A DNA stretch of 64,000 nucleotides from Rhodothermales bacterium (GTDB lineage: Bacteria > Bacteroidota > Rhodothermia > Rhodothermales > DASSAV01), in the NCBI GenBank assembly GCA_041690215.1, contig JAWLHQ010000003.1:193792-257791 (forward strand), given 5' to 3'. Below are positions 49,969-59,615 of this stretch, piece by piece. Position 1 is the stretch's first letter. Each line of letters starts with the position of its first letter. Under the pieces are notes generated by a model, which worked only from the letters and a program-made list of their open reading frames with translations, made no database searches and was not told the origin of the DNA. Made by a program: the position numbers and the translations under genes.

Positions 49969-50793
49969 GTGCTTGCTAAACGCATCATTCCCTGCCTGGA
50001 TGTCAACCAGGGCCGTGTTGTCAAAGGAGTCAATTTCGTAGATCTGGTAGACGCGGGCGATCCCGTGGAGCAGGCGCGATTCTACGATAGCGCGGGCGCC
50101 GACGAACTCGTCTTTCTGGACATCACGGCCACCCACGAGGAACGTGGCATCATGCACGACGTCGTGCGCCGGACCGCTGATCAGGTGTTCATTCCACTCA
50201 CGGTGGGTGGCGGACTTCGGACAGTGGAAGATATCCGGGCCATGCTGCAGGCCGGTGCGGACAAGGTATCCCTCAACTCCGCTGCGCTACGCGATCCCGA
50301 CCTTATCTCCAGAAGTGCAGAGGCATTCGGGACGCAGTGTATCGTCGTGGCCATTGATGCCAAGCAGGTGTCCGGCGACGAACCCCGATGGGAGGTATTC
50401 ACGCATGGCGGGCGGAAGTCTACGGGCATCGACGCCATCGAATGGGCGCAAGAAGCCGAGCGGCGCGGCGCCGGTGAACTCCTCGTCACGTCCATGGACC
50501 GGGATGGCACGAAGGACGGCTACGATCTGGCCCTGCTGCAAACGTTGAATGCCTGCGTCAACATCCCGGTAATCGCCTCCGGGGGTGCCGGAACACTGGA
50601 CCATCTCGTAGAAGCCATCAAGATCGGCGGTGCGGATGCTGTGCTCGCTGCCTCGATCTTCCACTTCCGCACCTACTCCATTGCCCAGGCAAAACGCCAC
50701 ATGGCCGACGCCGGCATCCCGGTCCGCCTGGATGTAGCAGACATGGCCGCATCGGCCATCGACGATCCGATGACCGGCACGGAGCCGACCTGA
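49969..50793 (+). CDS. hisF: imidazole glycerol phosphate synthase cyclase subunit
   Basis: [50 protein letters not shown]; GTG start. Confidence 0.96.
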   Translation: MLAKRIIPCLDVNQGRVVKGVNFVDLVDAGDPVEQARFYDSAGADELVFLDITATHEERGIMHDVVRRTADQVFIPLTVGGGLRTVEDIRAMLQAGADKVSLNSAALRDPDLISRSAEAFGTQCIVVAIDAKQVSGDEPRWEVFTHGGRKSTGIDAIEWAQEAERRGAGELLVTSMDRDGTKDGYDLALLQTLNACVNIPVIASGGAGTLDHLVEAIKIGGADAVLAASIFHFRTYSIAQAKRHMADAGIPVRLDVADMAASAIDDPMTGTEPT

Positions 50794-50969
50794 CGGGCAT
50801 GCATACAGCTTTCAACCCGGCCCTGCTAGCTGTTATCCTGATCATGTAGGAGTTTGATTGATCAACCCCCGGCCTCCGATTTTACATTTGCAGCAGTCAC
50901 CGCGCCAGATTTTCGTTCTGAAGTGTGCAATCTGTGCCATTTCCACTGCAACCATTTTCAAAATGAGTC

Positions 50970-51266
50970 ATGCCGGCCCACAATAATTCGTCCAACCCCG
51001 CGTTATTGCTGAAGGGCGCCGCCACCGTCTTCGCGCTCATCGGGCTGGGGATCGTCGTATGGCTGGCGGACAATGCCGTACGGCACCCGGAAATCCGGGC
51101 CAGCCAACTGGGCAACGAGGCGCCGTTGTGGCTGCCCATGATCGTGTTCGTAGTGGCCTGTACAGGTGCCGCAGTGCTGCTCTTCCTTCGGGCGGCACAA
51201 CGTGTGGCTGAGGGAGAAGACCTCTTCGGGAACCGGCACCGAAAGAGCAGGCAGCTCGAACGATAA
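50970..51266 (+). CDS. small two-TM hypothetical protein
   Basis: Two hydrophobic helices, basic C-terminus. Confidence 0.65.
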   Translation: MPAHNNSSNPALLLKGAATVFALIGLGIVVWLADNAVRHPEIRASQLGNEAPLWLPMIVFVVACTGAAVLLFLRAAQRVAEGEDLFGNRHRKSRQLER

Positions 51267-51336
51267 CGAAACCATACGATCCGAAGGACCGGCGACCACG
51301 TACGCCGGGATCGTGAACACAAGCCAGCACTCAGCC

Positions 51337-51888
51337 ATGCGCATGGTGTGCCGAACCTCCGCTATCCTGGGCCTGCTTCTGTTCCTGCCAGCTGCCGCGC
51401 ATGCCCAGCAATCACCCGACCTTCCGGACGACGTCGACCGCTTCTACCAAGCCCGCAATACCATTGCGACGATCAGCACGCCGATGGAACGCGCCGCTCT
51501 GGCCACGAACACGACGGACATCCCCCTCACGGAGCGACTGGCCAGAGCCAGATCCCTGCTCCGGTCCATCGCCGCACACGAGCTCCCCATCGACCCTGGG
51601 ATGATCGTCCAAACGGACGGTGCGTTCCCGTTCATCCCGTCTGCCATTCTGGAGATAGTAGCCGTTCGCAAAAAGAGCGAAGATGAACTGGAAGTGGAGG
51701 CGACAGCATACCACTTGGACCACGAATACGTGCTCCTGTATATCCAGGCGTACGAATCCGGCAAAAAGTTGGAGGCACCGCATCAATTCAGCCTCTCACC
51801 CGTAACCTCTCGGGAGGTGCATACATGGCGTCGCATTGGAGGCCGCTGGCTGCGTGAATCGGCTGGCATGACCCTTCTTGCCGACTAA
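51337..51888 (+). CDS. exported hypothetical protein
   Basis: Signal peptide ending AHA-QQ; C-terminal W.R.GG.W. Confidence 0.6.
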   Translation: MRMVCRTSAILGLLLFLPAAAHAQQSPDLPDDVDRFYQARNTIATISTPMERAALATNTTDIPLTERLARARSLLRSIAAHELPIDPGMIVQTDGAFPFIPSAILEIVAVRKKSEDELEVEATAYHLDHEYVLLYIQAYESGKKLEAPHQFSLSPVTSREVHTWRRIGGRWLRESAGMTLLAD

Positions 51889-51961
51889 GCCGTACGAGTT
51901 ATACACCTCACGGGTTGCCGTCCCAATCTACATTCTTGATTTTGGTACGCCGGAGATCCAT

Positions 51962-52312
51962 ATGAAGCGCTCGAACACATACACCAGGGGTTCACTGGTG
52001 CCGACACTGGGATTTATCGCGCTCTTCCTCTTTGGGCTCAACTTCTATACGGCCCTCTCCCGCAACTGGGATGATTGGAAGATGTATCGCCCGAAGTGCT
52101 GGACCGCCGAAGCCCGGCCGGCTCACTTCCGGTTCCATCATACGATAGACAGTGACCGGATAGAACGTGAAGTAGCTCGTTCGAAACGGGAAATGGCGCG
52201 CGTCGAGCGTGAGATGGCTCGGTACGAACGCAAGCTGCGGCGGTTGGAACCAGGCTTAGCTCCTCCGCCTCCGGCTCCACCCCAGCCGCCTCAGGTCATC
52301 ATCCTGCGGTAA
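51962..52312 (+). CDS. hypothetical membrane-anchored protein with coiled coil and Pro-rich tail
   Basis: GGAG upstream of ATG; TM helix, repeated EREMAR, PPPPAPPQPP. Confidence 0.55.
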   Translation: MKRSNTYTRGSLVPTLGFIALFLFGLNFYTALSRNWDDWKMYRPKCWTAEARPAHFRFHHTIDSDRIEREVARSKREMARVEREMARYERKLRRLEPGLAPPPPAPPQPPQVIILR

Positions 52313-52524
52313 GGTTCTCCGTACCCCGGACGCGCGGGGTTGATCGTGTAGATAATGACGTCGTCCAGGCGAAGGTAGGCCCCGAGATCAGAGTTGCGGA
52401 GCTGATGCCGGCCTCGCGTGCCCGGCGGGTAAGTCCTGACGTGCGTGGTGCATGATCAAACCTCTTCGAGGCCAGGCTGTGTGAATACAGAGGATGCAAC
52501 GCCGCTAGCCCCGCCTCCTCTGCA

Positions 52525-52989
52525 TCAGGTCGATTGCAAGCGCCTGAAAAGAGCCCTCAAGAAAATCCTAGCTGCATCGTATCCCTCCGGTGCTTCACTC
52601 GCTCGAGGTCCCGCCACGTTGAGCACCCGGATCTGATTCGACGAGACCCACGCTGCGGCCCGTTGTAGATCACCTCCACTGGACCGCTCCAGCACGAGCA
52701 GTGGTTTGCCGAGCCGCTTTGCCACATCTATCGTGAGGTCCGTTCCTCCGCTCCGGGCTCCGCACCGCAGCACCAGCGTTCCGTCGCTGTCGCGAACATT
52801 CCATTCCGTACGCTGGTCATACTCCGGCGAGGGCGTTTCGGTGAGCGAATAACGATCCGGAATGATGCCGTCCTCTGCCCGCCTCCCCTGCGGGCACCAT
52901 CCACCGATCGGTATCCCGGCTTCCAGCCCGGCATCCAGTGCAGCCCGGTCGACGCCCGTCTGCCCTCCCGAAACGAGCCTGTGTAGCAT
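52525..52989 (-). CDS. SLOG-superfamily 'putative molybdenum carrier' (circularly permuted YpsA-like)
   Basis: SGGQTGVDRAALD, GGWCP.GR.AEDG, RTEWNV.DSDGTL, GGT..T, LNVAGPR.S. Confidence 0.85.
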   Translation of the reverse strand: MLHRLVSGGQTGVDRAALDAGLEAGIPIGGWCPQGRRAEDGIIPDRYSLTETPSPEYDQRTEWNVRDSDGTLVLRCGARSGGTDLTIDVAKRLGKPLLVLERSSGGDLQRAAAWVSSNQIRVLNVAGPRASEAPEGYDAARIFLRALFRRLQST

Positions 52990-53006
52990 AGCAATTCCTC
53001 ACGCTA

Positions 53007-53567
53007 ATGGCCGACGCTCATAAAAAGACCAGGCACCGGCTGTTCGTTGCGCTTTCTGTGCCTCAGGCGCACGCCTCGAAGCTTTCTGCCTGCCGGGACG
53101 AGCACATCAGAGCGCGATGGACCTCTCCGCAACAATACCACCTCACGCTACAATTCATCGGCTATGTGGACACGGACCACCGCAGCGCCATAGCCGAGGC
53201 CCTGCGCCACATCCACGCGAAACGCTTCACGCTCGAGGTATCCGGCATCGGCGCGTTTCCCTCTCCCCGCCAGCCGCGCGTAATCGTGGCATTCGTCCGC
53301 CCGAACGACAGGCTGGCACACCTCCAGCAAGCAGTCGTGCACGCACTCTCCGGTGTAGGGATTGAACCGGAAGCCCGCCCCTTCAAAGCCCACCTTACCC
53401 TGGCTCGCTTGAAAGATACCGGCGCCCGGCAGATCCAATCTTACCTGCACGAGCATGAAGACTTCCACCTGAAGCCGTTCCGGGTATCCACGTTCCATCT
53501 CTACGAGAGCACCCTGCACCCCACCGGCGCCGTATACCAACAGATTGAAACGTACCCCCTCGTATGA
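53007..53567 (+). CDS. thpR: RNA 2',3'-cyclic phosphodiesterase (2H phosphoesterase, LigT/ThpR)
   Basis: RLFVAL, two HxT motifs (HLTL twice), G.FP, F.LYES.L...GA.Y. Confidence 0.88.
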   Translation: MADAHKKTRHRLFVALSVPQAHASKLSACRDEHIRARWTSPQQYHLTLQFIGYVDTDHRSAIAEALRHIHAKRFTLEVSGIGAFPSPRQPRVIVAFVRPNDRLAHLQQAVVHALSGVGIEPEARPFKAHLTLARLKDTGARQIQSYLHEHEDFHLKPFRVSTFHLYESTLHPTGAVYQQIETYPLV

Positions 53568-53664
53568 ATGCTCTGTGTTCAGGTGGAATGCACCCGGCTA
53601 TCGGTGTCCATAACCCCTCCCTGAGGTCGCTCAATCCCTTCCATTAGCACATCAACACCGGAAT

Positions 53665-53706
53665 ACAACAGAAAGGGACCCACCCGAATAGAGTGAGTCC
53701 CTTCTG
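53665..53706 (-). terminator. terminator for the OMP gene
   Basis: Minus strand reads AGGGACTCAC...GTGGGTCCCT followed by TTCTGTTG. Confidence 0.65.
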
Positions 53707-53728
53707 CCAGTGATACGAGCCTGTCGTT

Positions 53729-55342
53729 TTAGAACATGTACTTCAGCCCGATCGCAAACCGATTGCGAATGATCTCCTCGGATACGACCGGAGCGGGACT
53801 CACACTTACGACATCCTGGTATTCCTGCGTCAGCGAGTATGGCGCCCACTGGTCGTCAAACCGCTCCTGCATGAAACCGAAATCTAGCTGTAGCTGCTCG
53901 GCAAACCGGTAGCCGATGCCCGCCGAGAGGAAGGTCTTCGAGCGATCGACGCCTCCATCATCGACCGGATCGGGCTGGAAGGCGAGACCTGCACGTAGCG
54001 CGACATTGCCCAGCCAGACCTCACCGCCCAGATGCGTATTCAGGACGGCATTGTAGTCCTGGCGAATAATGGCGTTTTCTCTGTCGAAGTACCCATGACT
54101 CGACGATGCGTCCAGTTCGAGTTGCGACCAGTCTACATACTCCGCTCCCGCGCTGATGAGTACACGCGGGGTCGTATACGAGAGACCGGCTCCAAAGCGC
54201 CAGGGCGTCCTGATCTGGTATTCGAAGCTACCGTTGCCTGCATCTCCTGCCAGATCGCCATAGCGGTACGAATCGGCATTGTCGAATACGGTCTCCAGGA
54301 AGGTGTAGTAATCTTCGTCGATGTTGTAGAACGTAGGCGTTTCGATGGTAAGTCCTGCACGAAGTCCCCGCGTCAGTTCCGCCGAGAGCCCACCCCGCAA
54401 CACGATACCGACGATGTCCGACTCGAAGCCTTCTTCATACGTCAGGTAGTCGAAATCGGTCGTATTTCCAGTTCCGTCGTTATCGTCGTAGATATCGTCC
54501 TCTTCAAAACGGCGGTCGAACCGATACGTCCCGAAGGGTACGCCGAGGGAGAAACCGACCAGCACGCCCCGCGCGGCTTCCCACCCGCCTCCGATAGTGA
54601 TCTCGTTTATGCGCCCGCGTTCCGTAACCCACTCCTTCTGACGCACCGTCCCGGCAGAAACAGCCGGAAGGAAGGGAAACGGATCATTTGCATAATACAG
54701 ATCCGGGCTGAAGTCGATGGCAAACGTTTCCCATGCCGCGAGCGAAAAAGGATCGCTGTTGCTAAGGTCTATATCGAACTCGTCATCCGCCGTCCCCAAA
54801 ATGCCGTCAGGCCCCGGGGCGGCATCTATGGTATAGCCACCTACAGGTACGAAGTAGTCGGTGATCGAATTACCCGGGTTCTCCGCCTCATACACGAGTT
54901 CACGATCGAAGCTGGCGACCTGGTTGTATGAGGCACCGATGACGAGCGCCCCCCGCGTAGTAGGAAATTTGTACGCATATGCCAGGTTCGTCAGCCGGGT
55001 GTTCCGCAGATCGTTCTCGGCAGAGGTCTTGTTTCCGGCCACCTCGAACGTCGCATTGTCCTGCGCGGAGAACCCGGTCAATGCGCCCGCTGCCGTCGAA
55101 CGCGTAAAGAGCCCGAGCCCGGCGGGGTTGTAGATGAGCGCAGTATAGTCGGAGATACCGGCGTACCGCCCTGCCCCGGCCATACCCATCATCCGGGGAC
55201 CCGTAGCCGGTTCACGATTTGAAAAGCGTAGTGCGTCGATGCCGGTCTGAGCAAGCGCGCTTCCGGGCAGCACCAGCATCGCGACGAAAAGACCTGCCAG
55301 AAAGAACCTGTATTTCCGGTGAGTCAAGGGAACGATGGTCAT
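53729..55342 (-). CDS. FadL/OmpP1-like outer-membrane beta-barrel
   Basis: Signal peptide, DALRFS....GPR.MGMAGA......D......NPAGL, alternating beta-strands, C-terminal IGLKYMF. Confidence 0.82.
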   Translation of the reverse strand: MTIVPLTHRKYRFFLAGLFVAMLVLPGSALAQTGIDALRFSNREPATGPRMMGMAGAGRYAGISDYTALIYNPAGLGLFTRSTAAGALTGFSAQDNATFEVAGNKTSAENDLRNTRLTNLAYAYKFPTTRGALVIGASYNQVASFDRELVYEAENPGNSITDYFVPVGGYTIDAAPGPDGILGTADDEFDIDLSNSDPFSLAAWETFAIDFSPDLYYANDPFPFLPAVSAGTVRQKEWVTERGRINEITIGGGWEAARGVLVGFSLGVPFGTYRFDRRFEEDDIYDDNDGTGNTTDFDYLTYEEGFESDIVGIVLRGGLSAELTRGLRAGLTIETPTFYNIDEDYYTFLETVFDNADSYRYGDLAGDAGNGSFEYQIRTPWRFGAGLSYTTPRVLISAGAEYVDWSQLELDASSSHGYFDRENAIIRQDYNAVLNTHLGGEVWLGNVALRAGLAFQPDPVDDGGVDRSKTFLSAGIGYRFAEQLQLDFGFMQERFDDQWAPYSLTQEYQDVVSVSPAPVVSEEIIRNRFAIGLKYMF

Positions 55343-55413
55343 ATCTATCCTCAGCTATCAGGCTGTTAGAGCTAAAACATCCGGTTGCAACCCGAGAATC
55401 GGGGCTGTACGGA

Positions 55414-55451
55414 TACAGGAAAGGCCCGCGCGATGGCCGCACGGGCCTTCC
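55414..55451 (-). terminator. hairpin after the low-complexity lipoprotein gene
   Basis: AAGGCCCG...CGGGCCTT stem with a short T-run on the minus strand. Confidence 0.5.
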
Positions 55452-55493
55452 GAACTCCAGATCAACACGGCATGATGGTACGTTTAGTCAGGC

Positions 55494-56666
55494 TCACCGG
55501 CGACTGCCGCGGCTGCTGCTACTGCTCCCCGAGCTTCGGGATGAGCCGCTAGACGAGCGGCCTGTACTGCCGGAGGACGAACTCCGGCTGGGCGCACTCC
55601 GCACGGCGGGGCTGCTACGCGGGGCCGGTGAAGATGAGCGGCCCACGCTGCCACTGCTGGATCTGCTCGGAGCACGCTGAACCGTCCGTCCACTACTGCT
55701 CTCACGTCCGCGAGTATAGGTCCCGGACGAGGACGAACGGCTGCTGGGCGTTACATTCGTACGCCCGGTGCGCGTACGTGTACCGCGGCTCTCTACCGAG
55801 CCGGGCGCGGTACCTACACTGCCAGATGAACTCCGATCATCATCACGGCTGCGCGTCGTGCTCCTGCCACGCGTGGCGTCGGAATCACTGCTGCCCGTCC
55901 GTCCCGTGGAACGACCCACCGCGCCACGCCCACTCTCACCCCGCGTATTCGTGCGGCCCACCGTACCGTTCGATGTACCCGGATCGGTGCGGCGCGTACG
56001 CGTTCCCTCCACGGTTGAACCGCGCGTTCCGGAACCAGGACTTACGGTGCCCCGGGTGGCGCCGCGCCCCAGATCGGTGTCCGTCACGACACCACGCCCG
56101 GTCCGCCCGCGCACATCGTCGTCATCGAAGCCTCGTGCGCCCCGTCCAACCTGCGTCAGACCACGCCGGCCCATCGTATTGCCGCGCGGTCCCCAGTCTC
56201 CGCCACGCCGGCGAATGGTGCCGGGATAGTCATAGCGCCAGCCGCCGTAGTACGGCGAGTGCGAATAATAGTATGGGTAGTACGGACGGTAATAATATCC
56301 CCAACCGTAGTAGAAGAAAGGATCGTAGTAGTAGGGACGCCACCAGTAGTAGGCATCCCAGTACCGGGGCGCCCAGTGCCACGAGCCATACCAGAAAGGA
56401 TCGAAATAGAAGCCCAGGTGGAAACGGTCGAAATACCGGCGATAGCGGTAGTCGTCCTCGTAGTAATACTCGCGGATGATCGTCTCATCCCCACGTTCTT
56501 CCACTTCTACGTAGTCCGGCTCCCGTTCGTGGCGATCCACGTACACCGTACGCTCTACGGTGGCCAGTTGCGTATAGCACCCGGAAAGGCTTAGAAAAGC
56601 GATCCCGAGTGCGGGAAAGAGCGCGTAGCGCCGAACGAAATCGGGAAGGTAAGCGGAAGAAGCCAT
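55494..56666 (-). CDS. lipoprotein with Tyr/Trp-rich segment and Arg/Ser/Gly-rich disordered tail
   Basis: Lipobox LSGC; YYWWRPYYYDPFFYYGWGYYY; tail RSSSGSSRSSGSSSSSRGSRR. Confidence 0.78.
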   Translation of the reverse strand: MASSAYLPDFVRRYALFPALGIAFLSLSGCYTQLATVERTVYVDRHEREPDYVEVEERGDETIIREYYYEDDYRYRRYFDRFHLGFYFDPFWYGSWHWAPRYWDAYYWWRPYYYDPFFYYGWGYYYRPYYPYYYSHSPYYGGWRYDYPGTIRRRGGDWGPRGNTMGRRGLTQVGRGARGFDDDDVRGRTGRGVVTDTDLGRGATRGTVSPGSGTRGSTVEGTRTRRTDPGTSNGTVGRTNTRGESGRGAVGRSTGRTGSSDSDATRGRSTTRSRDDDRSSSGSVGTAPGSVESRGTRTRTGRTNVTPSSRSSSSGTYTRGRESSSGRTVQRAPSRSSSGSVGRSSSPAPRSSPAVRSAPSRSSSSGSTGRSSSGSSRSSGSSSSSRGSRR

Positions 56667-57011
56667 GACTCGCAGCGTTTTAAGACATACAACCGGAACG
56701 ACAGCGATCGGTATACAAGGTACTACTTCCAGGCATGCCGAAGGTTACAGTCCCGCCAGTTTTGCGCGATTTACTTCGTTTGGAGTTCCGTCGCGAGGGC
56801 AGGTATATTAAATGGTTTCACCGGCGGCTACCTCGCGAAAAATCGGCTACGTTCACTCATTAAGCCGCTTCAAATCGCCATGAGGTAACGACGGCGCCCG
56901 CCCATCTACAAAGCACAAATTCCGGACCAACTAACTGGTTGGTTTCATTCAGATCTACGGGTAGCACTAGCTGCTATTCCTGTACTCATTAGACACCATC
57001 CGTTGTATACA

Positions 57012-58484
57012 ATGGCCGACGTTATCACGCCCCGCTCCCAGGATTATTCGCAGTGGTACCTGGACGTAGTCCGCAATGCGAAGCTGGCAGACTACTCCCC
57101 CGTGCGTGGTTGCATGATCATCCGCCCCACCGGCTATGCCCTCTGGGAGAACATGCGCGATGTGCTGGACCGCATGTTCAAAGAAACCGGACATGAAAAC
57201 GCCTACTTCCCCGTGTTCATCCCGGAGTCGTTTCTGGCCAGAGAAGCCGAGCACGTGGAGGGATTCGCAAAGGAGTGCGCCATCGTCACCCACTCCCGCC
57301 TGAAGGTGACGGACGAGGGCGAACTCATCCCGGACCCCGAGTCGAAGCTCGAAGAAAATCTCATCGTGCGCCCGACGAGCGAGACGATCATCTGGGACAC
57401 GTACAGCAAGTGGGTCCAGTCCTGGCGCGATCTGCCCATTCTCATGAACCAGTGGGCTAACGTCGTGCGCTGGGAGATGCGCACGCGCCTGTTCCTCCGC
57501 ACGATGGAGTTCCTCTGGCAGGAAGGCCACACGGCACATGCCACCCAGGAAGAAGCCGTCGAAGAAACGGTACGGATGCTCGGTGTCTATACCAAGTTCG
57601 CGGAAGAATACATGGCTGTGCCGGTCATCCAGGGTGTAAAAACCCCGAGCGAGCGGTTCGCGGGTGCCGTGGAGACATACTGCATCGAAGCGCTCATGCA
57701 GGACGGCAAGGCACTGCAGGCCGGTACGAGCCATTTCCTGGGGCAGAACTTCGGCAAAGCCTTCAACTGCCAGTTCCAGAACCAGAACAACGAGCTCGAA
57801 TACGTCTGGGGCACCTCCTGGGGTGTCTCCACACGACTGATTGGCGCCCTCATCATGGTCCATTCGGATGACCAGGGTCTCGTTCTCCCGCCTCGCCTGG
57901 CGCCCACGCAACTCGTCATCGTGCCGATCTACCGAAAAGAGGAAGAGAAAGCCACCGTACTGGAAGCCGCCGAACGGATCGAGCGCGAGCTAAAGACGGC
58001 AGGCGTCCGGGTAAAGCTCGATGCCCGTGAGTCCCAGCGCCCCGGCTGGAAGTTCAATGAGTATGAAGTCCAGGGTGTCCCCCTCCGCATCGCCATTGGT
58101 CCCCGCGACGTGCAGAATGGTGAGGTAGAACTGGCCCGGCGGGATACACGCTCTAAAGAAACGGTTCCCCAGGCGGGGCTCACCCAGCACGTGACGAACC
58201 TGCTGGAAACCATCCAACAGGACCTGTTCAACCGCGCCTTGGCCTATCGTGAAGCCAATACCAACCGGGTAGACAGCTACGACGAGTTCAAAGAAATCCT
58301 CGATACAAAAGGCGGCTTCATCCTCGCACACTGGGATGGCACCGCCGAAACCGAAGCCCGCATCAAGGATGAAACCAAAGCCACGATCCGGTGCATCCCG
58401 CTCGAACGCGAACTGGAACCCGGAAAGGATATGGTTACCGGCAAGCCCTCGGCTGGCCGCGTTATCTTCGCGCGGGCCTACTGA
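57012..58484 (+). CDS. proS: proline--tRNA ligase (archaeal/eukaryote type)
   Basis: [61 protein letters not shown]-terminal ARAY. Confidence 0.97.
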   Translation: MADVITPRSQDYSQWYLDVVRNAKLADYSPVRGCMIIRPTGYALWENMRDVLDRMFKETGHENAYFPVFIPESFLAREAEHVEGFAKECAIVTHSRLKVTDEGELIPDPESKLEENLIVRPTSETIIWDTYSKWVQSWRDLPILMNQWANVVRWEMRTRLFLRTMEFLWQEGHTAHATQEEAVEETVRMLGVYTKFAEEYMAVPVIQGVKTPSERFAGAVETYCIEALMQDGKALQAGTSHFLGQNFGKAFNCQFQNQNNELEYVWGTSWGVSTRLIGALIMVHSDDQGLVLPPRLAPTQLVIVPIYRKEEEKATVLEAAERIERELKTAGVRVKLDARESQRPGWKFNEYEVQGVPLRIAIGPRDVQNGEVELARRDTRSKETVPQAGLTQHVTNLLETIQQDLFNRALAYREANTNRVDSYDEFKEILDTKGGFILAHWDGTAETEARIKDETKATIRCIPLERELEPGKDMVTGKPSAGRVIFARAY

Positions 58485-58760
58485 TGCGCTATCCCTGATA
58501 GCTGACGCCGCTTTACACTGCCTCACTCGTGGGTACTATCGGACGTCCACGAGTGAGGCATAAGGCCCGAAGTTCATCCACCGGACGCATTGTTCTGCCG
58601 GGAAAGCGAACCACTGGATTGAACGGCAGCCAGGTGCTTTTGAGGGATCATGTTCAGGATGTATGATCCGTTACGTCGTGAGCGAAGACGCGGGAACTAA
58701 CGAGGCACAGGTGCCCACAGCGCTGCATGCACCCCGGCGACCTGGCACATACGGGTAACC

Positions 58761-59483
58761 ATGAGAGCCCGCACGGACGTGTACGAATCAGCAAAAAAGA
58801 GCGAGGCCGCACTGACCGGACAGACGGGATGGGGTTTCCATGCCGCGAACGTCGTGTCCTACGTGGTAAACCCCTTGATCCTTCCCCCCATCCTGTTCGG
58901 TCTCGTGCTCAGCCATTACGGTATCCCGCCTCGGGAGATTGGCTCGACGATGCTGATGGTTACGCTGTTCTTCGGCGTCATACCGCTCGGCTACGTCGCG
59001 CGGCTGCTCCGCCGGAATGAAGTGGAATCGATCAACGTTGAGGTACGGCAGAAGCGCAACCGGCCCTATGCCGTAGCCATCCTTAGCTCGCTCGCGGCGG
59101 CTCTCCCGGCGTTCTTCGTCGCACCCTCCACGTCCAGGCTGGTAGCCGCCCTCGTGCTCTGCTATGGACTGAACACGACGCTGGCGGCGCTCATCAATCT
59201 CCGGTGGAAAATCTCCATCCACCTGCTTTCTATTGCCGGCTTCCTGTCCTTCCTGTTGTTCATCACCTACCCGCCCTTGCCAGCGCCCTCCCCACCGCAA
59301 TCCCTCCTGAATGCCGAGTGGCTCGCCTGTGTGGCAGTACTGGTCCCTCTGCTCATGTGGGCGCGAGTCCGGGTGGGCGCACATACCCCGGCACAGGTCG
59401 TTGCCGGTGCCGCTTTCGGACTCGTCATCCCCTACGCAGAGTTGTTTTTGCTCTACCGGACGGGTATTTTACCGGGGTTTTGA
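58761..59483 (+). CDS. PAP2-superfamily-like integral membrane protein
   Basis: Multiple TM helices, KISIH and WARV...AH...QV..G. Confidence 0.72.
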   Translation: MRARTDVYESAKKSEAALTGQTGWGFHAANVVSYVVNPLILPPILFGLVLSHYGIPPREIGSTMLMVTLFFGVIPLGYVARLLRRNEVESINVEVRQKRNRPYAVAILSSLAAALPAFFVAPSTSRLVAALVLCYGLNTTLAALINLRWKISIHLLSIAGFLSFLLFITYPPLPAPSPPQSLLNAEWLACVAVLVPLLMWARVRVGAHTPAQVVAGAAFGLVIPYAELFLLYRTGILPGF

Positions 59484-59615
59484 TTGATTTAAGCCCGAAG
59501 GGATGCCCACCGATACCCGGCATTCAGAGGGACGACACACATCCTCTAGCCTGAACCCCTATCGCCTGACGGATACGACGCACTATTCCTGAGATTGTAT
59601 TTCCTCCGGGTCCAC

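Noticed and set aside
55494-55800. DNA-level tandem repeat
   Set aside because: Low complexity reflects Ser/Arg/Gly codons with varied synonymous usage, not a nucleotide repeat
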